In this document: positions 54,480 through 61,900 of the stretch, piece by piece
Numbering within the stretch: the stretch's first letter is position 1
How the letters are laid out: every line of letters begins with the position of its first letter
Source of the DNA: Parachlamydiales bacterium
GTDB taxonomy: Bacteria > Chlamydiota > Chlamydiia > Chlamydiales > CALOCV01
DNA: 64,000 bases
Direction: 5' to 3'
Assembly: GCA_942491955.1 (NCBI GenBank)
Contig: CALOCV010000015.1
Location: 47,762 to 111,761 of the forward strand
Position numbers and translations under genes: made by a program
Notes under the pieces: model-generated
Database searches by the model: none
Seen by the model: only the letters and a program-made list of their open reading frames with translations
Told to the model about the DNA's origin: nothing

Positions 54480-55203
54480 ATGAAAAAATCCTTCTTACCA
54501 CCCCATGGTGGCTATCAAAGTTTGCTTTCCTATCAAAAAGCTGAAATCGTTTACGACGCTACCGTTTATACCAATTCCGGTAAGAAAATGCATAAAGTGG
54601 ATTCAGGATTTTTTTGCGAAATTTGTTTTGGAGATCGTAGCAAACTCTTGTGAGTTTGCAAGATAGAAAAACAGATTGCGCAAAGAAAGATGAAGATCAA
54701 TTTGTGCACTTTCTTACCGGAATTGGTATTACTTCACGCAAAGGTTTTATCGAAAAGGGGATCGCACGATGGATCAAATGGTTCAGGCGGCGCGTTCGGG
54801 TAAGCAAAACATTGCCGAAGCCAGTCAAGCATCGGGAACATCGAAAGAGATGGAGATTAAGTTGACGAATGTCGCTCGAGCAAGTCAAGAAGAGTTATTG
54901 TTAGATTATCGGGATTTTCTTCGGATTCATCAACTCGAAGAGTGGGCAAAAGATCACCCCCTTACAAGTCGGTTGCGTATTTTATGTAAATCTCCTCAAC
55001 CCACCTACACAACGTTTCAAAAAGGGATAGAACATTCCGAACCAGTCATTTCCGCCAATGTCATCATCGGTTTAATCAAAGTAACCAATTATCTTCTTGA
55101 CCAGCAAATTCGTCGGTTAGAGGAAGACTTTTTGCGCGAAGGAGGCTTGCGCGAACGGATGACCAAAGCCAGACTTGCTGTTCGCAATCAAAGAAAACGC
55201 TAG
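54480..55203 (+). pseudogene. Four-helix-bundle family protein (with suffix-type C-terminal domain) interrupted by a MITE-1 insertion
   Basis: MKKSFLPPHGGYQSLLSYQKAEIVYDATVY | 162-bp MITE | (Y)FTQRFYRKGDRTMDQMVQAARSGKQNIAEASQASGTSKEMEIKLTNVARASQEELLLDYRDFL... The flanks are in frame, and the MITE contains stop codons. Confidence 0.8.
54568..54729 (+). mobile_element. MITE-1 copy D, inserted inside a coding sequence
   Basis: Full-length, with both TIRs. Differs from copy A at only a few positions. Confidence 0.85.
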
Positions 55204-55345
55204 TCAACATCTCCTCCATTACCCCCATTGCCACCCCTGCCATATTGGCTATCTCCTCGATTACCGCCGTGGCCGCCATGCCCAGAATTGCTGTTCCCAT
55301 CATTCCCTCCATTAGCAGCTTGTAAATCTGCTGCTAATAACAACG
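55200..55345 (-). pseudogene. Truncated chimeric paralogue of the Gly-Asn-His repeat genes
   Basis: Minus-strand reading LLAADLQAANGGNDGNSNSGHGGHGGNRGDSQYGRGGNGGNGGDVD*. It joins protein-1-like signal-peptide end to a protein-2-like core. An in-frame stop lies immediately upstream, so there is no full signal peptide. Confidence 0.6.
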
Positions 55346-55437
55346 TCAATATCGGATGGCAGGTGCAAGATTATTTGTATCTGTCCTTCCAGGAGATGAG
55401 GACGAAATAGAAGAGCTTTACAAGAGGTGGTATTAAT

Positions 55438-56439
55438 TCAAGTCTCTTTGCTTAGTGGGAGATTCTCTAGTTCAATAATATCGGCCTTATCCGCTTCCAA
55501 TTTTTCTAGGTGCTTTCTATTATTGTTAAATTCTGTGTAACGTTCCAATGCTAGTTGTTCGGCTATCTGTGCTGAAATTTGTCCTGAATGATTCAAAATT
55601 GCTCTATCATTAAATGAAAGAAAGGCGTCAAGTTTATCAGCCCATTCGTTCATGGTCATAGTTTTACGTCTTTTAGCTTGATCTTCAGCATAGTCTAGAT
55701 ACATCGTAACAATTCTATTAAGTTCATTAATTTCTTCTTGAGAAAGATAGTTTTTAGCAATCGTTATATCGCCTTGACGAACTCGACTTCCCTTCCAGCT
55801 GGTAAGACCCATATTTGGTAGCTGTGGATTTGCACGATGACAAATTAGTTCGGCGGCAGTATGTCCAGTCAACGCCCAAAACATCTTATTTTGGACCTTT
55901 TTAAAGAAAAAATGTGCTTGACCGCTCTTAGGGTCGTAGTCTACAGCGGTTGTATAGATATCTTTTACTTTTTGATAGAATCGCTTTTCAGAAGCCCGAA
56001 TTTCACGAATTCGCTCAAGCAATTCATCAAAGTAATCCCAACTTCCAGGCTCTTTAAGACGAACATCGTCTAGTATGAAGCCTTTAACTAGATATTCTTG
56101 CAAATGAGATGTTGCCCATCTGCGAAACTGGGTGCCTCGTGCAGAGCGAACTCTGTATCCAATTGCCAAAATGATGCTAAGCTCATAGAGCTTTACCTCT
56201 CTTTGTATGTTCCTATTTCCCTCCTTTTGAACTAGTAAGTAATCCTTACTAGTTGAGTTGGGATCTGCCTCATTTTCTTCGTAAATTCTTTGTATATGAA
56301 GAGTTATGTTCTGGGGAGTTGTTTGAAACAGTTCGGCAATTTCTGAGCGAGTTAACCAAACTGTTCCTTCTTCGGCTTTCAATTGAACAGAAGTCTTTCC
56401 GTCATCAGTTGTGTAAAGGATAATTTCGCCGTTAGACAT
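55438..56439 (-). CDS. RhuM-family protein
   Basis: 333 aa. ILYTTDDGKTSVQL...VWLTRSEIAELFQTTPQNITLHI...AIGYRVRSARGTQFRRWAT is characteristic of the RhuM family. Confidence 0.85.
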   Translation of the reverse strand: MSNGEIILYTTDDGKTSVQLKAEEGTVWLTRSEIAELFQTTPQNITLHIQRIYEENEADPNSTSKDYLLVQKEGNRNIQREVKLYELSIILAIGYRVRSARGTQFRRWATSHLQEYLVKGFILDDVRLKEPGSWDYFDELLERIREIRASEKRFYQKVKDIYTTAVDYDPKSGQAHFFFKKVQNKMFWALTGHTAAELICHRANPQLPNMGLTSWKGSRVRQGDITIAKNYLSQEEINELNRIVTMYLDYAEDQAKRRKTMTMNEWADKLDAFLSFNDRAILNHSGQISAQIAEQLALERYTEFNNNRKHLEKLEADKADIIELENLPLSKET

Positions 56440-56639
56440 TGACTGCTTCTTTTGGATAAATTTTAGAAATTATCATACTTGCGATAACTAAATTTTCCCA
56501 GTCAAAAGTTCTGAATCCGTCCAACCGCCCTCAATAAAAGAACAAAGGGACAATGTCTTTCAGTGAGGTGTCTAATAGGGTCCCCAAAAATTAGACAACC
56601 CATTTTGCCTCTTAGGTCCTTTTTGTCGTTTTCGTCCCT

Positions 56640-56729
56640 TTAATACGATGAAAAGTCTTTTCCCTCCTTTAACACTTCGATTACTGCTTTTAATTTGAAT
56701 TCGGGTGTGTGCCGTTTTCTTTGTGACAT
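56640..56729 (-). pseudogene. IS3-family transposase orfA N-terminal remnant
   Basis: Minus-strand MSQRKRHTPEFKLKAVIEVLKEGKDFSSY*, a typical IS3 InsA start truncated after 29 aa. Confidence 0.45.
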
Positions 56730-56912
56730 TTTTGCCTCCACATTTTTGAGAGGCTATAAGCTTAGCAAGTGGTCCTATTTTGGGGGACCATTACACTATT
56801 TTAAACAGCTATTGATAAGGAGGTTTAGCGGAGTTTGTCATCAAGAGATTTCCAATCAAAAGTTCTGACATCGTCCGGTCTCTCCCAAAAAGGAAAAAGT
56901 GCGTAAAGCCAG

Positions 56913-57149
56913 TTACTCAGCAAGTCGTTTCAAAGCGCCTCCATATTTCTTATTGACTCTTTTTAAAGAATTTGAAAATTGCTTTTTTCCCACCTTACTC
57001 TTTACTGGCGTGACAACAATGGTGACACCATCTGGTGTCGAAATCTGAAGTAAGGTTTGCTCATCGATTCCTAAAAGTTCTAGAACTGCCTTTTCAATCA
57101 CTAGGGCATAGCTATTACCATGCTTCGTCAGTTTTTTAGTAATCGTCAT
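56913..57149 (-). CDS. AbrB/MazE/SpoVT-family antitoxin-like protein (no intact partner toxin adjacent)
   Basis: 78 aa. KLTKHGNSYALVIEKAVLELLGIDEQT swapped-hairpin motif. Confidence 0.7.
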   Translation of the reverse strand: MTITKKLTKHGNSYALVIEKAVLELLGIDEQTLLQISTPDGVTIVVTPVKSKVGKKQFSNSLKRVNKKYGGALKRLAE

Positions 57150-57327
57150 AAAAGCCCTCTTGTTTGTATATCCTTATGTATATTCATTGTATCAACACAT
57201 TAATTTTCTATCAAAAGAAATTAATAACCAATAATTTTTCAAAATATATGATGAATGAACGGCAAAGTATTGATGAAAATCCAGTAAATGGACAAAAAAC
57301 AACGTGTTGCGTTATTTGCGGTCTACC

Positions 57328-57801
57328 CTAGATCGAGTGCACCTCTATTTTGGGCGCTACCTCAATGGAAAAGTTGACTGAATTGGCGATGAAACACTTG
57401 TGATGGGCTTCGTCGTGGAGCTTTGTGGCAAGATCGAGGCGGTCGGGGTCAGAAATGGTAATCGTCGGTTGCAGCGTCGCACGGACAAACCGACCGCCTC
57501 CAGATGTACTGCTATCAACCTCACCTGATATCTGGTCTTGATAACGTGTAACGACAATTTGATTTTCCGAACAAAGATGTAAATACCAAAGCATATGACA
57601 CGACGATAGAGAGGCAAGAAACCATTCTTCTGGGTTATATTTCGTCGCATCTCCTAAAAACTTCGGATCAGAAGATCCTTGGATGTCGGGTTTGCCCTCA
57701 ACAGAAACGACATAGGAACGCTCATAGCTGCGGTAGCTTTCCGTCCCTTGCCCACGGTTTCCCGTCCATTCGACCTCGAGTTGGTAATGGTGCTTTGGCA
57801 T
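57328..57801 (-). CDS. OsmC-family peroxiredoxin-like protein
   Basis: 157 aa. Paired Cys contexts LASLSSCHMLWYL and HHKCFIANSV. Confidence 0.8.
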   Translation of the reverse strand: MPKHHYQLEVEWTGNRGQGTESYRSYERSYVVSVEGKPDIQGSSDPKFLGDATKYNPEEWFLASLSSCHMLWYLHLCSENQIVVTRYQDQISGEVDSSTSGGGRFVRATLQPTITISDPDRLDLATKLHDEAHHKCFIANSVNFSIEVAPKIEVHSI

Positions 57802-57929
57802 GGAGCATCCCTGTTTAGAGCTTGATCGCTCATCATAGGCAGCCTAGTAAAATCGTTCAAGGGCTTTTGCAAAAAATGCGATTTGCTTTTAACCTCTCCA
57901 TAAGAGAGTAAACTTAGTGAAGAGAGGGA

Positions 57930-58601
57930 ATGATGAATCGATGTTATCCGTTATGCATGGCTTTGTTGGTAGTGATGGGTCTTGGTGGACCGGTGTTTTC
58001 GGCTACGACTGAAAATGACCCTCCGGTAAACAAGGCGTTGGAAAAATTAATGGAAGGCAATCAGCGCTACATCAGTGCATCATCCGTTTGTCATGAAGAT
58101 TGGACGGCAAAGCGAGCGGCCCTTGTGGCAGGTCAAGCCCCTTTTGCTGTGATTCTCGCCTGCTCCGATTCACGGGTGCCACCGGAAATCATCTTTGATC
58201 AACCTTTAGGAACTCTTTTCGTCGTTCGGGTGGCGGGGAATGTGGTCGATGATTTTGCCATTGGGAGCATCGAATATGGCGCCAGCGTCCTCGGAGCCAA
58301 ACTGGTGATGGTTCTTGGTCATACTCGTTGTGGTGCCGTCGATGCCGCTTTAAAGGGATTAACCTTCGATAACCATATTCAAGAGGTTTTGAATGCCATT
58401 CAACCCGCTGTCCAAGCGACAAAAGGGGAATCGGGAAATCTCCTCGAGAGAACGATTAAGGCAAATGTGAGACATGTTGAGGAAAAACTAAAGAGCTCTA
58501 AACCGGTCCTTGCTCCATTATTACAAGAAGGAAGATTGCATATCGTCGGAGCCTATTACGACCTGGAATCGGGAAAAGTTGAAATCCTTGACAAAGGATA
58601 G
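57930..58601 (+). CDS. Beta-class carbonic anhydrase with signal peptide
   Basis: CSDSRVPPEIIFD, FVVRVAGN, GHTRCGAV zinc-ligand motifs. N-terminal hydrophobic leader. Confidence 0.9.
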   Translation: MMNRCYPLCMALLVVMGLGGPVFSATTENDPPVNKALEKLMEGNQRYISASSVCHEDWTAKRAALVAGQAPFAVILACSDSRVPPEIIFDQPLGTLFVVRVAGNVVDDFAIGSIEYGASVLGAKLVMVLGHTRCGAVDAALKGLTFDNHIQEVLNAIQPAVQATKGESGNLLERTIKANVRHVEEKLKSSKPVLAPLLQEGRLHIVGAYYDLESGKVEILDKG

Positions 58602-58969
58602 AATGGATTGGGCTTTGCTCCCCGAAATTGGGCTCATTCTTGGAAATAATGAAACGCAAATTTCTTTGCGTCTTAGCGACTTTGCGTTTCCATTTTTTTA
58701 GGCAAAACTTCCCCGACAAGACCTTGTTTCAACCAATTTTTGAATTTATTTCGGTATAACAATCCAATTTACACATTTAGTTACCCTATTTGGTATAACT
58801 CAATTTTTTCTCCACGAATTATTTTCCTCTCCAATGACTACTGATTTTTCTTTTCGATGATGGATGTTGAATATTTACCCTCTATCAGGTAATTAAAGAA
58901 TAATACCTATTCTTAAAAGCTGTCTGCTAAAGATAGGGAGTTCTTGTTTTCTGTAAAAAAGAGGTTTTT

Positions 58970-61900
58970 ATGGTTCTTCCCTTGTCCACAAGAGTAACTA
59001 CTAGGCAATTTTCTATTAATATGGAGCACGAGAAAAAACTCTATCATTGCACCTTAAATATTGAGCAAAAAGAACTTGAGGAGCTTTCAGGTAAAATTCT
59101 ATCTTCTTCTGAAGAAAAAGACTCCCGCTCTTCTATGGAAAGAGAGTATGACGTTATCCGTTCCATCGTCGAAAAGGCTTTTACTCGAGAACTTGGGAAG
59201 ATGAGAGGGAAGAAATTTTCCATCGATGTGAGCAAATCTACTGAATCAAAGGAGCCAGCACGAGCTGTGGTTCGTGGAGGAGACCGTCCTGAAGGATTCT
59301 TCGATGTTGAGCTCAAGAGAACAGAGATGGGGGCTACTCCCTGGAAGGCCCTACGTATAGTAGAAACAACAAACCATAAAACTCTTCTTGAGAGATTTAA
59401 TACGGAGAGAGTAAAAAAACAAGGTATTTTTGGAAAAATCGAACAAATTCTAGATAAATTTTTCCAACTGTTAGGAAAGAAGTTCGCCTGTATCGATCGC
59501 TTATGGAGGGGAATAACAGGACGCCATACCCTTCCATGGAACATAAAAGACTTGGTCGCTGTTTGTGATTACGGGGAAGGTTCCGAGGTGAAAATGGAAG
59601 AGGCCCTAGCATATATGGGGAGGGCAGTAAAATCAACAGAGCCGAAATTGTCTAATCAGTTACTTCAAGCTTCCCGCATGAGCAAAAGGGTGCGAAACAG
59701 GAAAAAACTACCAGAGGAAGAGAAAAAATTTTCCAAACGATTGCAAGAACTTCCTCCAAGCTCTTTTTCTGATGAGGTACTCTTCCTCCCCTACTTCTAT
59801 GGAACAGCAGAGATGTTGGGGAAGGTGACCCGGACAGAGAAGGGGTACTCTCTCCTAATCGTGAACTTCACAGACGATGTTAAAAAAGAACTTAATCTGC
59901 CTGAGGAAATAGAGTCGTTGGAAGTTACCGATCTTGAATTCACTGATATTGAAAACATCACGAGGCAAATGATTCGTGGAGAAAAAATTGAGTTAGAAAA
60001 ACAAAAGAAAAAAGGAAAATGCTTGCAAAAAGAGGGTGAGAAGAAAGAAGACACCTTCTCTTTACTCTCGGAGATGGTCTCACGTTCGATCGGGAATAAG
60101 GACGAATATGAATATAGCCAACTCGGCTTAAAGCTACGTCTCTTTCTCGACATTTGTAAGGGGACAGATAAATGGTTGCAAGATCCTGATTATCATGACC
60201 TTGTCGAGCGGTCATGTTATGCTCTAATGGATGAGGCAAAACAGAAAATCTCTACCTCTACCATTCCAAAAACTCTCAAAGACACAGATCTTGGAAATAT
60301 TGAAAGAGAGTTGCGAAAGATTCTTAACTTAACAGAAGAGCATCATCCCCAGGTGCCCGAAATCACCAACTACACCTTGGCTAACCTTGGGGGCTCGTCA
60401 TTCCCTCGTATCGACGAGGAGCCAACACAAGTAGGAACGCTCTCTCCTAAGGAACTCACTGCCGACCTCTCAGTGCAAAAGGGAATTACAAGGGGTACCA
60501 ATGGCTTGCTTCAGGACATCAAGGATAAGCTGCAATTTGTTCCCACACTCCCTGCAGAAATAGAGGGGGAGATCAAAAAAGAACTTAAATATATGCCTTA
60601 CCCGTTTACCGATGCGACGATTGTGAAAGATGCTGAAAGAGCACTCTATTTCCCTTCTATTTCTAGCGAGAAATTCGGCCTCTCGAGAGAAGAGCAGAAA
60701 GCTCTTATCTACACCTTGCATAGCCAAAAAACAAATCCTCCTGCTGAGCGTGAGTTTATCACAATTGCCAATCAGGAGGAAAAAAAAGCCCTTGCACACT
60801 ATACCCTCCAGGCTATTCTCGACAATCCGAGGATTGGAAGGAGCGAAACTGCTCAAGCATGGTTGATGAAACAGCTGTTTGTTGAGAAAAGAATCGATAC
60901 ATTACTTGCTGATGATCAGGGGAAGCGCATCCTTAAAGAAATTGGGGAAGAATTTAAGAGAATGATTCCAAAAATGATTGAGGTTCCTCGAAAAGGTGCT
61001 ATCGACAAGGAACAATATGCTGGGGGTCTTTTCCTTCTCCGTCTTGTGGGGGAAATCGACTATTATGCTAAGCAAAAAAATATCGATCTTCAGCTTTTTA
61101 ATGAAAAAGAAACTAACAATTACGAAATGCTTGTTACCACGATTACTCGCCTTGCAGGACAAGATGATGCGCGATCCAATGAAATCAAAGCTCTTGTCAT
61201 CCCCGAATTTATCGGGATGATTCATGACAGGATCGCTACAGGATTATTGAGTAAAGAACAGATTCCCGAACCCCTCCTTGGCCACCTACTGAGCGCGATC
61301 ACGTACTGTCGTAGAGAAGGGGTTGCATCGCCATTCCTTGCAAGTAAGGTGAAACAGCTCGAACCCTTCGTCTTTGCCCTTGCAAAAGAGAGGGTGGAAC
61401 AGAGTCAATTTGATGGGGTAAGAACCTATTTAAATGATATTGATAGTGAACTCGCTGGAGAAAACATTCAATGGCAAATAAAAGAGTTTCCCATATTACA
61501 AGCCCTTCGTCATGGACAGAAGATTGAACTCGACTTGTTGACCGGAGAGGTTTTCTCCGGTGGTAAACGGGTCGGTTATCTTCCTCAAGAGGTAAAGAAT
61601 CATGAAGATCTTATCCGCCTCTATCCGAAAGCTGGTTCACTTCTCTGGGTTATCGAACGTTCCGATGACGATCCTTCCCTGGTTGTCTATAGCCCTCCTG
61701 AAGATTCCACAATTCGGATTATTACCAAAGATGGAGCTTTCCAATCCATTGAGAAAAAATTCTCAAATGAGAAGGGAGAGGTTTGGGGTGTCTATCACCA
61801 TTTTCCTGCACAAGATGCTGTAGTTGAAGGGAAACCTGTCTCTGGTGAGGAAGATGACCTCCCCCTAAAAGTCGCTCAGGCAATACGAAATCGATTTTGC

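Noticed and set aside
1712-54729. MITE-1 repeats as a possible CRISPR array
   Set aside because: The units are 162 bp with terminal inverted repeats. They occur in both orientations and are separated by kilobases of genes. There are no regular short repeat-spacer units and no cas genes.
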